Of a stretch of DNA of 64,000 nucleotides, positions 28,928 through 38,818 are shown one piece after another. Every line of letters begins with the position of its first letter. The first letter of the stretch is position 1. The position numbers were made by a program, and so were the translations under genes. The DNA comes from Calditrichia bacterium (GTDB lineage: Bacteria; Calditrichota; Calditrichia; RBG-13-44-9; J075). The stretch spans positions 32,001 through 96,000 of the forward strand of contig JBOEGD010000005.1 of NCBI GenBank assembly GCA_050633245.1, read 5' to 3'. The notes under the pieces were generated by a model. It worked only from the letters and a program-made list of their open reading frames with translations, was not told the DNA's origin and ran no database searches.

Positions 28928-29001
28928 TAATAAGGTCCCGAGGTTAAAAAGGAATTGGAATAAACATAGCATCTAAGAAGTAGATTTGCAATTCGGGGCA
29001 T

Positions 29002-29034
29002 AAAAAAAGCTCCCCGCATAATTGCAGGGAGCTT
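29002..29034 (-). terminator. Intrinsic terminator of the OmpA gene
   Basis: AAGCTCCC...GGGAGCTT stem with A7 on the plus strand (T7 on minus). Confidence 0.85.
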
Positions 29035-29055
29035 AAAAGCCAAAGCAGATAAAGA

Positions 29056-29721
29056 TTAGTTGTTGGTTGCTTTCTCAGCAGCCTTCTTCAGATCTTCATT
29101 TGCAAAAATAGCAACTTCTACGCGACGGTTAGTTGCGCGGCCAGCGTCAGTGCTATTGTCAGCAACTGGCTGAGCTTCGCCAAAACCATTAACGGTAAAG
29201 CGACTTGCGTCTACTTCAAGAGCGGACAGATAGCCATATACAGACTCAGCACGCTTCTTGGAAAGCTCAAGATTGTACTCTTCACGACCTGTGTCGTCAG
29301 TGTGACCTTCAAGAACGATGTTAGTGTCCGGATACTTCTGCAGAATTGTCGCCATATTCGTCAAGTTGTCCTTGCTGGCCTGCTTCAGATTCGAGCTGTT
29401 TACGTCGAACAGTAAACCGGAGTCAAAAGTAATTTTGATACCTTCGCCAACACGTTCGATTTTAGCACCTTCGATATCGCGCTGCATCTCTTCAGACTGC
29501 TTGTCCATGTAGTTACCGATATATGCACCAGCGGAACCACCAACAGCAGCACCAACAATTGCACCAACTGCAGTGTTACCGGCAGCTTTACCAATAAGAC
29601 CACCAATTACAGCTCCGGCAGTACCACCGATACCGGCACCTTTTTTGGTGTTGCTCATATTACAGCCAACGCTTAGCATCAGCAATGAGGTAGCCATTAC
29701 AGCAATAAGAATCTTCTTCAT
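29056..29721 (-). CDS. OmpA family lipoprotein with glycine zipper (YiaD-like)
   Basis: Lipobox VGC, Gly zipper, GHTDDTG, NLELSKKRAESV, NRRVEV. Confidence 0.95.
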   Translation of the reverse strand: MKKILIAVMATSLLMLSVGCNMSNTKKGAGIGGTAGAVIGGLIGKAAGNTAVGAIVGAAVGGSAGAYIGNYMDKQSEEMQRDIEGAKIERVGEGIKITFDSGLLFDVNSSNLKQASKDNLTNMATILQKYPDTNIVLEGHTDDTGREEYNLELSKKRAESVYGYLSALEVDASRFTVNGFGEAQPVADNSTDAGRATNRRVEVAIFANEDLKKAAEKATNN

Positions 29722-30107
29722 TATACATCCTCCTTAAGAATGAATTAATTATCAAATAATAATTAGTAAATATGCTCTATTGAAATTGACCAGAATTCTG
29801 GCCGATTAAAATGTCTTAACAATGCATACTTTACTGAAAGTTGATGAACCGAACGCATAATATGGTGAAAAATGCTGCGACAATAAACCAAAAAAATAAA
29901 AATCTTGCATTCATATATCTGCGTTTTTTGTTCCGGTTTTTTAGACTGACAGGTTGTTAAAAAGTCACTTATGTTCAAAAACAAAGCGATTGCAAAAACT
30001 GTAAGGGAAAAATATATTGCTTTGGGTTGCGACCAATAGTGTTCGACCCTGTCTGAAAAGACAAATGATAGTATACTACATCTTTTAGCTGCAGGCGGAA
30101 TTTACAT

Positions 30108-32528
30108 ATGAGCGTTTTCGAAAAACTTGGGCAGTTTTATCTCGGTAAAGTCTACGATAGTAAAAAAGAAGAAACGACCGATAACTATTTATTGTACGAT
30201 TCGAAAGATCTTGTCACACATGCGATGTGTGTCGGAATGACCGGAAGTGGCAAGACCGGGCTATGTATCGGTTTACTGGAAGAAGCCGCAATTGATAATA
30301 TTCCTGCTATTATTATTGATCCCAAAGGCGATATGGGAAATCTGTTACTCGGTTTTCCGGGGCTTAGCAAGAAAGAGTTTTTGCCTTGGGTGAACCCGGA
30401 TGAAGCCTCTCAGAAAAATTTATCCACTGAAGAGTTTGCAGATAAACAAGCTGCGCTTTGGAAGAAAGGACTTGCCGGTTGGGGGCAAGACGGTAAACGG
30501 ATAAAGAAGCTGCACGATACAGCAGAATTTACAATCTACACTCCTGGAAGTAGTGCCGGATTACCCGTTTCTATTGTGCGGTCTTTTGCTGCGCCATCCG
30601 CCCAGGATCTGGGCGATATGGATTTGTTGCGCGATCGGGTGCAAACTACCGCGTCTGGATTGCTGCAATTATTGGGAATAAAGGGCGATCCGCTTCAAAG
30701 CCGTGAGCATATCTTATTGGCATCGATTATCGAGACGTCCTGGCTGGCGGGAAAAGATCTCGGACTCGCGGATATTATCCAGATGATTCAAAATCCACCA
30801 ATGAAGCAAATCGGTGTTTTTGACATAGAGTCTTTTTATCCGTCCAAAGAACGTTTTAAACTCGCGATGACGCTCAACAACTTGCTTGCCGCGCCAGGGT
30901 TTAAGCCCTGGATGGAAGGAGAAGCATTAGAAATAGACAGCATGCTGTTTTCTCCTGAAGGTAAACCTAAAATAAGCATCTTTTCGATTGCGCACTTGTC
31001 CGATTCCGAACGCATGTTTTTTGTAACGCTGTTGTTGAATCAATTACTTGGATGGATGCGTCGTCAATCTGGTACTACAAGTTTGCGCGCATTACTTTAT
31101 ATGGATGAGGTGTTTGGCTACTTACCGCCGATTGGCGAGCCACCATCAAAAAAACCGCTACTTACATTGTTGAAGCAGGCTCGAGCATTTGGATTAGGCG
31201 TGGTGCTTTCTACTCAGAATCCGGTTGACCTCGATTACAAAGGCTTGTCCAATATGGGAACCTGGTTTATCGGGCGCCTTCAGTCTGAAAATGATAAAAA
31301 TCGATTAATTGAGGGACTTACCAGTGCCCGCGGAAGCGGTTTGGACAAAAAGACCCTTATGTCGCTGATTTCTAATCTGCAAAAGCGAGTCTTTCTAATG
31401 AACAATGTGCATGAGAAAGAACCGGTGTTGTTTAGCACCCGTTGGGTAATGTCCTATCTGCGTGGGCCGTTAACGCGTGACCATATTAAAGTGTTAATGG
31501 ACGATAAAAAAGCGAGTAAAGTGGAGAAGCCAAAGAAGAGCTCTGGCAAGGTAAAGAATGTTGCTGCCACTGCTTCAACTCCCGGGGGGCGCCCGAATTT
31601 ACCTCCGGACATCAATCAATATTTTTCGCCGATTTATAAGAGAATAACCGGAACTGTCACTTATCATCCCTATTTGTTTGCCGGTGGTGATGTTCACGTC
31701 ATGAATGCCCGCTACAATGTCTCGCAGAAAGGTGAGGTTGCGCATATCCTGGCTATCGGCGACGATGTTGGTCTGCCGGTTTGGGATGAGTCGGAGACGT
31801 TTACTTTCCATACCGACATTCTTCATACCGAACCGGAGCATGGCGCCTCCTATCTTGCGCCGGGCTCTGCGATTTTGAAAACAGCGACTTATAATAAGTT
31901 GGATAAACAATACGAGTCTTATGTATATCGTAACTATTCGCTACGCCTGTTTCAAAGTAAGTTGTTTAAGCTAACGTCTCAGCCTCATGAAACGGAAGGT
32001 GATTTTCGCAGACGGTTACGCGAAGCGGCGCACGAGAAACGCGACTTGGAAATGGAAAGACTGCGCAGAACATATGGCAAAAAAATTACGTCTCTCGAAA
32101 AGCAATTGCACACTGCTCAGCAGCGGGTAGATAGAGAGTCTGATCAGTATTCTCAGAAAAAAATGAATACCGCGATTTCTGTTGGATCTACGATTTTGGG
32201 CATGTTCCTTGGTGGGCGTGCTTCCCGAACTGGTGTTTCAAGAGCAGCACGATCTGCATCCAGCATGTCTAAAGAAAAACGAGATATCGAACGCGCTCAG
32301 CAAAAGCTTGCCCAGGTTGAAGCGCGAATCGTAGAGATGGAGCAGATCATGGAAGATGAATTAAATGCGCTCGCAGAAAAGTTTGACCCGGACCTCGAAG
32401 AGTTGAAAGAAGTGAGTGTTCGCGCGAAGAAAAGTAACATTTTGCAGCGTTATTATGGAATTCTTTGGTTGCCTTATATTCACTCTGAAGACGGGCAAAT
32501 TACTCCCCTTTTCGAGGAGCAGGACTAA
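30108..32528 (+). CDS. HerA/FtsK-like ATPase with C-terminal coiled coil
   Basis: Walker A GMTGSGKT, IIDPKGD, Walker B YMDE, ARAFGLGVVLSTQNP, GRLQ. Confidence 0.88.
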   Translation: MSVFEKLGQFYLGKVYDSKKEETTDNYLLYDSKDLVTHAMCVGMTGSGKTGLCIGLLEEAAIDNIPAIIIDPKGDMGNLLLGFPGLSKKEFLPWVNPDEASQKNLSTEEFADKQAALWKKGLAGWGQDGKRIKKLHDTAEFTIYTPGSSAGLPVSIVRSFAAPSAQDLGDMDLLRDRVQTTASGLLQLLGIKGDPLQSREHILLASIIETSWLAGKDLGLADIIQMIQNPPMKQIGVFDIESFYPSKERFKLAMTLNNLLAAPGFKPWMEGEALEIDSMLFSPEGKPKISIFSIAHLSDSERMFFVTLLLNQLLGWMRRQSGTTSLRALLYMDEVFGYLPPIGEPPSKKPLLTLLKQARAFGLGVVLSTQNPVDLDYKGLSNMGTWFIGRLQSENDKNRLIEGLTSARGSGLDKKTLMSLISNLQKRVFLMNNVHEKEPVLFSTRWVMSYLRGPLTRDHIKVLMDDKKASKVEKPKKSSGKVKNVAATASTPGGRPNLPPDINQYFSPIYKRITGTVTYHPYLFAGGDVHVMNARYNVSQKGEVAHILAIGDDVGLPVWDESETFTFHTDILHTEPEHGASYLAPGSAILKTATYNKLDKQYESYVYRNYSLRLFQSKLFKLTSQPHETEGDFRRRLREAAHEKRDLEMERLRRTYGKKITSLEKQLHTAQQRVDRESDQYSQKKMNTAISVGSTILGMFLGGRASRTGVSRAARSASSMSKEKRDIERAQQKLAQVEARIVEMEQIMEDELNALAEKFDPDLEELKEVSVRAKKSNILQRYYGILWLPYIHSEDGQITPLFEEQD

Positions 32529-32532
32529 GACG

Positions 32533-33042
32533 ATGACGATTGAAGAACTCATACTGCAAATTGGCTCCAATCCCAGCATTATTTTATGCGTATTGATTGG
32601 TGTTCCTTTGCTGGCATTCTTATATGGTCGGCTTGTCTCTCCTGCGAGTCGATTAGAGAGCCCGCATAAAAATGTCTACAGTGCTTTGGTATATGCCGCC
32701 TGTATTCCTGGTGGTTTCGCTGCGGTGTTAACTGCTTACAGCTTGTTGTTCTTGCAAAGTAACTTATTGCAGGTAAATCCGCTTATTTACTTCCTTCCCA
32801 TTCTTTCTATGGTCGCCACCATCGTAATTATCAAGCGCGACGTAGTAATGGATGCCATTCCGGGGTTTGATCGTCTTTTTGGGCTCCTCGCAATTATCGG
32901 GGTTAGCTTCTTGCTGGCTTTCTTGCTGGTTCGCACGCGCGTTTGGTTTTTTCTCGGTGGCTCATTTATGGCATTGATAATTATTGCCGTCGGTTCTTTT
33001 GTGCTCTTGCGGTGGGGCAGTGCTCGCCTTTTTCGCGGGTAG
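32533..33042 (+). CDS. Conserved multi-pass membrane protein
   Basis: Five hydrophobic segments; ATG 4 nt after the ATPase stop. Confidence 0.75.
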   Translation: MTIEELILQIGSNPSIILCVLIGVPLLAFLYGRLVSPASRLESPHKNVYSALVYAACIPGGFAAVLTAYSLLFLQSNLLQVNPLIYFLPILSMVATIVIIKRDVVMDAIPGFDRLFGLLAIIGVSFLLAFLLVRTRVWFFLGGSFMALIIIAVGSFVLLRWGSARLFRG

Positions 33043-33123
33043 TTGTTGCATCGAAGATCTGTCACAGCTAATTTGCGTCAAAACACACACAACTGATTAT
33101 TAAATCACTATCGTTTATAAAAT

Positions 33124-33139
33124 TGGCAGCATTATTGCA
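33124..33139 (+). promoter_or_regulatory. Sigma54 -24/-12 promoter
   Basis: TGGCAGCATTATTGCA (GG-N10-GC) about 95 nt upstream of the operon start; AT-rich IHF-like tract upstream. Confidence 0.7.
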
Positions 33140-33235
33140 ATTGCATCTGTTTGAAGTTTGGTTGAGAGAATCGATTCTATATTTCTCTCCTGTTAATTGT
33201 AACGCCTGTTGCTAAACGTTATTAGGAGGTTGGCT

Positions 33236-33685
33236 TTGATCCTATCTCAAGGTCGTGCGAAGGTATTGCTTTTCTTCTTTAGCACACTTTTGCTTGTGCT
33301 GAGTAGCTGTACACCGCAGTTGATTTCAACGTATGATGAAAAGGTTGAAAACTCCCTGATGGATTTACATGGGAAGTTGGAAACGTTTTTTATCGATATG
33401 GAAGATAAAGTCGGCACGCCTGCTGCGGACTATTTTGTTCACAAAGAATTCTATAACGATCTGAAGCTGAACCTCAGTTATCTCTCGATACGTTGTCGGG
33501 CAAAGAGTCATAATGAACGCACAGTCGAGCAGCTTGAACTATTAGAAAAGAGCCTGCATAATCTGGAAGAAATTCATAAAGATGGCATTGCTACCTATGA
33601 GCTTATCCGCACACTGCGTGATCAGTTTACGATCGCGATGACGGCGATATTACAGCTTGAACTGGCAAAAAAACGTGGTCTTTAG
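33236..33685 (+). CDS. Helical lipoprotein of unknown function
   Basis: AGGAGG RBS before TTG 33236; lipobox LSSC; C-terminal LELAKKRG. Confidence 0.75.
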   Translation: MILSQGRAKVLLFFFSTLLLVLSSCTPQLISTYDEKVENSLMDLHGKLETFFIDMEDKVGTPAADYFVHKEFYNDLKLNLSYLSIRCRAKSHNERTVEQLELLEKSLHNLEEIHKDGIATYELIRTLRDQFTIAMTAILQLELAKKRGL

Positions 33686-33701
33686 TGAAGGAGTTGACGC
33701 T

Positions 33702-34025
33702 ATGAATACTACAGAAATATTAAAGCAAATGACCGGCGCTGCGAAAGTCAGCTTTGGCGACAAATGGCCCGAGATAAAATCGTACGCCGAGAGCGAGTTA
33801 AAAAAACTGGCTGAAACCATGTCGATGATCCAAAAGCTCAGCATGAGTGATAGCATTACTCCTAAGCAGGCGAAGCTATTGTTGGAGATTCAGAAAAATA
33901 CGGCTCGCACCGTGATGTTGACAATGGAAGGTCTTGGGATATTGACGGTCGAAAAGGCTCTTGACAACGCATTTGCGGTGGTTAAGGCGCCGATTAATAC
34001 GCTGCTTGGCTGGAAACTGCTTTAG
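33702..34025 (+). CDS. Small amphipathic helical protein of unknown function
   Basis: AAGGAG RBS before ATG 33702; C-terminal INTLLGWKLL. Confidence 0.75.
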   Translation: MNTTEILKQMTGAAKVSFGDKWPEIKSYAESELKKLAETMSMIQKLSMSDSITPKQAKLLLEIQKNTARTVMLTMEGLGILTVEKALDNAFAVVKAPINTLLGWKLL

Positions 34026-34054
34026 TTACCAATTGAAATTGAATCGGGGGAAGT

Positions 34055-34849
34055 ATGAGTGAGTGCATAAGATCATCAGATATACCATATGGTTGGATTC
34101 GTCGTGAGCTGATTCTTGACAAAACGTATAAGCTTGGCGATAATGGAAAGCGCGTTCGAACAATTCAGGAATGGATGTGTTTGCACAGATTAGGACTTTC
34201 AGTTGATGGTGACTATGGCCCCGTTACTAAAAGTGCCATTGCCGAATTTCAGACGGCTAACGGATTACCGGTAAGTGGTATGACGACTCAGGCCACGTTT
34301 GATGAACTCGCCAAGCCAATGCGTATGGCTTTAACTCCGATTGATCCTACCGGCAAGACGTATAATGATCTGATTGTAGCTTATGCAGAACAGCATCTGA
34401 AACAGCATCCGCGTGAAATAGGCGGAGAAAATCGCGGTCCCTGGGTTCGTCTATATATGAATGGTAAGGAAGGGCCGGAGTGGCTTTGGTGTGCCGGTTT
34501 CTCCTGCATGATTTTGCAGCAGGCCGCGGATACACTCGGGCAACGCATGCCGTTTAAACGCTCGGTTTCTTGTGATGTGCTTGCGACCCAGGCAAAAGCT
34601 GCCGGTACATTCATCTCCCAAGGTAAACTAAATAACGATAATCCGCGAAAACAGGACATGCCACCGGGAAGTCTTTTTTTGGTGCGCAGAACCTCAAATG
34701 ACTGGGTGCATGTCGGCATTGTTTTAAGCTTTGAAGAGGATCGTATCAATACCATCGAGGGAAATACGAATGACGACGGAAATCGCGAGGGTTATGAAGT
34801 CTGCTTGCGAGCCCGTGGCTATTCGAAGAAGGACTTTATTCGGGTTTAA
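34055..34849 (+). CDS. Peptidoglycan-binding domain plus CHAP amidase
   Basis: VDGDYGPVTKSAIAEFQ...GLPVSG PG_binding_1; CHAP WCAGF (Cys), HVGIV (His), TIEGNT. Confidence 0.9.
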   Translation: MSECIRSSDIPYGWIRRELILDKTYKLGDNGKRVRTIQEWMCLHRLGLSVDGDYGPVTKSAIAEFQTANGLPVSGMTTQATFDELAKPMRMALTPIDPTGKTYNDLIVAYAEQHLKQHPREIGGENRGPWVRLYMNGKEGPEWLWCAGFSCMILQQAADTLGQRMPFKRSVSCDVLATQAKAAGTFISQGKLNNDNPRKQDMPPGSLFLVRRTSNDWVHVGIVLSFEEDRINTIEGNTNDDGNREGYEVCLRARGYSKKDFIRV

Positions 34850-34912
34850 CGTGAAATAGGCGCAGTTTTCTTTTAAAATAAAATTCAAAATTTTGCCTGT
34901 TTTTTCTAAGAA

Positions 34913-34941
34913 AGACTGCTCCATTCTAACAATGCTCCAGT
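34913..34941 (+). repeat. Single copy of the dispersed repeat core
   Basis: AGACTGCTCCATTCTAACAATGCTCCAGT with the same TTCAAAATTTTG...TTTTTCTAA upstream flank. Confidence 0.95.
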
Positions 34942-35100
34942 CTGTCGGTAAAAAAACGATTTAAGTTTATTTTATATAGCAGTTTGAGCCCTTTTTAGCG
35001 TTTTGCCATCTCCCAAGCGGCTTTCCGAAGTTTGAATTATCCCCCTTCTTGCTTACATTACGGCAAATCTATTCCACTTTTACATTTATCGGATTATACT

Positions 35101-36267
35101 ATGACTACAGAACTTTTCAAACCGCTGGTATTTCTTGCCATAAGCTCCGTTTTAGCCGTTATTTTTCTCGCTAGCTGTAATCCTGAAACTCCCCCGGAGA
35201 TTGCTGCTTCCAATGATGTGTTGCTTTATGTCGGGACCTATACGGGTGGCGAAAGCGAAGGCATTTATGTTTACAATATGAACCTGGATAGCGGAGAGCT
35301 CAGCTTAAAGCATACCGTAAGTGGAGTAGAGAATCCGTCGTATTTGGCCATTCATCCGGACAATAAGATGCTTTATGCTGTCAATGAGTTGATGGAGCTG
35401 GATGGTGTCCCTGGTGGTGGAGTCAGCGCGTTCAGCATCGATCCTGAAAATGGGAACTTGAGTTTCCAAAATCAGGTTAGCTCTAACGGTGGTGCACCAT
35501 GCTACCTTTCTGTTTCCAACGATAAACGCTGGCTGTATGTCGCCAATTATATGGGCGGAAACGTTTCTGCGCATGCGTTGGATAAAAATGGTGGATTGAA
35601 TGCTGTCGCTACCGTTATGCAGCATGAGGGGACAGGGCCAAGCTCACGTCAGGAGGCACCACATGCGCATTCAATTATGCCAGTTCCGGGAACCCCAATC
35701 GTCCTGTCTGCAGATCTTGGAGCAGATAAGGTGATAATCTATCGCGCAGACTCTGAAAAGGGATTCGCCGATCCAAAGGTATTAGCTGTCGAGTCTGGTG
35801 CCGGGCCACGACATATGGCCTTCCATCCAACGCACAATCAGCTGTTTGTTATCAACGAGTTAAATGCAACGATAAACTCCTATCAAATTGATGTTGAGAG
35901 CGCGGAGTTTACGCTACAGCAAAGCGTGCCGACGCTACCTGCCGACTTTGCTGGTGAGAATACCTGTGCCGATCTAGATGTTTCTCCGGATGGTAAGTTC
36001 CTGTATGGAACGAATCGCGGACATAACAGCTTGGTCGTTTATGCCATTGATGCGAGCGGCAGATTGAGCTATGTTGAGCACATAAGCTGTGGTGGAGATT
36101 GGCCACGTAATTTTACAATGACACCAGACGGTAATTACCTGCTCGTTGCCAACAAAAAAAGTAACTCTATCGTTGTTTTTAAGAGAGACATGGTTAGCGG
36201 TAAGTTGAAGAACACCGGTATTTCAACAACCGTTCCCGCTCCGGTTTGCCTGGCATTTTTGGAATAA
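35101..36267 (+). CDS. pgl: 6-phosphogluconolactonase-like beta-propeller lactonase (lipoprotein)
   Basis: YVGTYT, NPSYL, VANYMGG, HAH, GPRH, NRGHNS, WPRNF; lipobox LASC. Confidence 0.85.
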   Translation: MTTELFKPLVFLAISSVLAVIFLASCNPETPPEIAASNDVLLYVGTYTGGESEGIYVYNMNLDSGELSLKHTVSGVENPSYLAIHPDNKMLYAVNELMELDGVPGGGVSAFSIDPENGNLSFQNQVSSNGGAPCYLSVSNDKRWLYVANYMGGNVSAHALDKNGGLNAVATVMQHEGTGPSSRQEAPHAHSIMPVPGTPIVLSADLGADKVIIYRADSEKGFADPKVLAVESGAGPRHMAFHPTHNQLFVINELNATINSYQIDVESAEFTLQQSVPTLPADFAGENTCADLDVSPDGKFLYGTNRGHNSLVVYAIDASGRLSYVEHISCGGDWPRNFTMTPDGNYLLVANKKSNSIVVFKRDMVSGKLKNTGISTTVPAPVCLAFLE

Positions 36268-36350
36268 TCAATGAAAATCAGGTTCCAGCTGTTTTTTCCC
36301 ATTGTTTTTGCTTATTTTAGCCACTGGGATAACGAACAGGCTTCTTGACT

Positions 36351-37601
36351 ATGTCCATGACTAAAACTGCCAACCATCTTAGCGGGCTTCTTGCCAAGCC
36401 TGCCAAGCCGTCTGTGGATGAAGAAGCATTCGGTACGGCGCATCGAGAGATAACGAAAATTGATGGTAAATCATATACTCGCTTTGTTGGCGAGTTTTGG
36501 ACGTCCCGACAGCGTCAAGCATCGTCATTGCAAGAAGTTTCCTACCGCGCCTGTTTTAAGCCTCAGCTACCGCGCTTTTTTATTAATCGATTCTCCAAAG
36601 AAGGCGATGTTGTATACGATCCCTTTTCCGGACGCGGCACCACTGCACTTGAATCCGGTTTTCTAAACCGCCGGGTAATTGCTAATGACGTGAATCCACT
36701 AAGCAGCATTCTTTGTAAACCACGATTCTTTGTCCCTACATTAGAATTGCTTGCTGAACGCTTAAAAGTTATCCCACGCGAGTCTTCGGCTACTGCCGGT
36801 CTTGATTTATCTATGTTCTATCACTCTCGAACAGAAAAAGAGCTGGTTGCCTTGCGGCAATATTTAATTGGACGTGGTGACTCTGCCGATGTTCTTGACG
36901 ACTGGATTCGCATGGTCGCTACAAATCGCCTTACTGGCCATTCACCAGGCTTTTTCTCTGTCTATACGTTGCCGCCGAATCAGGCTGTTTCGCAAAAGCG
37001 GCAGATAAAGATTAATGAGAAGCGAAATCAGGCGCCGGAATACCGCGATATTCATCAACTGATATTAAAAAAGTCACGACGTTTGATTAATGCGCTTGCA
37101 CCGGAAACAGTTGTCCAGTTACGCAAGGTTGGCAGGTCTGCTCTTTTTCTAACGGATGATGCGCGGCAAACGCCTGAAATTAAATCGTCCAGTGTTCAGC
37201 TTACTATTACCTCCCCTCCGTTTCTTAATATTGTGCAATATGCGCAGGACAATTGGCTACGTTGTTGGTTCAACGGCATTGATGCACAAACGGTAGCCGA
37301 TAATTTGACAATCGCCACCAGCTTGCCCAAGTGGATTGATATTATGCAGGATGTCTTTTCTGAACTTGCCAGGATAACGAAGAAAAATGGCTGGGTTGCT
37401 TTTGAGGTCGGTGAAATAAATAACGGCCGTATCCGTCTGGATGAACATGTTGTTCCGTTGGGAATCAATGCTGGCTTCACCTGCCATGGTATTGTTATCA
37501 ATGAGCAGGAGTTTACGAAAACGGCCAACATTTGGGGCGTGAAAAACAACAGTCGCGGCACCAATACAAACCGCATTGTCCTTTTCCAAAAACGTAAATA
37601 A
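36351..37601 (+). CDS. Orphan amino-DNA methyltransferase (N4C/N6A type)
   Basis: Motif I YDPFSGRGTT precedes motif IV TSPPF; no nuclease gene adjacent. Confidence 0.8.
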   Translation: MSMTKTANHLSGLLAKPAKPSVDEEAFGTAHREITKIDGKSYTRFVGEFWTSRQRQASSLQEVSYRACFKPQLPRFFINRFSKEGDVVYDPFSGRGTTALESGFLNRRVIANDVNPLSSILCKPRFFVPTLELLAERLKVIPRESSATAGLDLSMFYHSRTEKELVALRQYLIGRGDSADVLDDWIRMVATNRLTGHSPGFFSVYTLPPNQAVSQKRQIKINEKRNQAPEYRDIHQLILKKSRRLINALAPETVVQLRKVGRSALFLTDDARQTPEIKSSSVQLTITSPPFLNIVQYAQDNWLRCWFNGIDAQTVADNLTIATSLPKWIDIMQDVFSELARITKKNGWVAFEVGEINNGRIRLDEHVVPLGINAGFTCHGIVINEQEFTKTANIWGVKNNSRGTNTNRIVLFQKRK

Positions 37602-37666
37602 TTTTCTCCCCTTCTAGAAGCGTTGAATTTTAGAAACTATTCAGCGCAGACTTCGTCGATACATTT

Positions 37667-38794
37667 ATGAGATCACGACACTATTACCAACGACAATTTT
37701 GGCGAAACATGCCGCTCGGCTCTCTTGCTGTGCTAATGCTCGCGATCTTTTTTACTTTTGCGACGATTGGATTTGCCACAGATATCATGTCTGGAGGACA
37801 GTATCCGGCGCAGCACCTTTTCATTTCAATAATATATTCCGGCCTAATTGCTGTGGCCTATGTTCTTGCCTCAACCCGTAATCCATGGCTTTTCACCATC
37901 GTTATTCCGCTTCATATAGGATTTCACGTGATATACAGACCCAATTTTGAACCGACACCACTTGCGGCCCCACTTGAGAACCGCCTTTTTCTCGATGCCT
38001 TCGGGATCGTTTTTTTGATTGCCCTTGGATACTTCTTTTTTATTTTTTTTATCGGACTTCAGGGGACGAAATCATTAAAACTGGCCACTGAAATGGAGCT
38101 TGCTCAGCAGATGCATGATGTTCTGGTTCCCGATATTCAATTTGAAAACGCCGAGCTAAAGGTGTTAGCAAAGTCCATTCCGGCAACAGAAGTTGGCGGT
38201 GATCTTGTAGATCTCTATGAAGTAGACGACTCCTGTATTTGTTATATTGCAGATATCTCCGGACATGGTGTGGCTGCTTCTCTTTTGATGGGGATGTTCA
38301 AAAGCGCTATGCATACCGAGTTACAACAGGGGGCGTCTTTGCAAAAAACGCTGCAGGAGGTAAACAGGGCATTATACAGATTAAAAAAGCGAACCATGTT
38401 TCTTACAGCTGCACTCATGCGTTTTTCATCCGATAAGACAGTAGAGTTTGCAGTAGCAGGACACCTGCCAATTTTACACTATGGTCATTCAACGAATGCT
38501 TTATCTCAACTTAGTCAGAAGCAAATTCCCCTGGCAGCGCAGAAAGATTATGTTTTTAACACGGAGACTGTTCCGTTCGAGGTGGGTGATCGCTTTATTC
38601 TGTTAACCGATGGAATTACTGAGACTTCTACAAAAAAAGATGTTGAGCTGGGATTTGAAGCGGTTGAGCAGGTTCTTCGCAATACTATGATGTTGCCTCT
38701 GGAACAGCAGATTGAGGCTGTCTATGAAGCTGCAGACGCACACGGTTCTCGCAATGATGATCAAACCATAATGATTATAGAAGTGGTTGCTTAA
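37667..38794 (+). CDS. Membrane-bound PP2C/SpoIIE-type Ser/Thr phosphatase
   Basis: N-terminal TMs; VGGDL, IADISGHG, AGH, LTDGITE, DDQT. Confidence 0.9.
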   Translation: MRSRHYYQRQFWRNMPLGSLAVLMLAIFFTFATIGFATDIMSGGQYPAQHLFISIIYSGLIAVAYVLASTRNPWLFTIVIPLHIGFHVIYRPNFEPTPLAAPLENRLFLDAFGIVFLIALGYFFFIFFIGLQGTKSLKLATEMELAQQMHDVLVPDIQFENAELKVLAKSIPATEVGGDLVDLYEVDDSCICYIADISGHGVAASLLMGMFKSAMHTELQQGASLQKTLQEVNRALYRLKKRTMFLTAALMRFSSDKTVEFAVAGHLPILHYGHSTNALSQLSQKQIPLAAQKDYVFNTETVPFEVGDRFILLTDGITETSTKKDVELGFEAVEQVLRNTMMLPLEQQIEAVYEAADAHGSRNDDQTIMIIEVVA

Positions 38795-38818
38795 ATAAGT
38801 ACTGTATTGTTTAAACTT

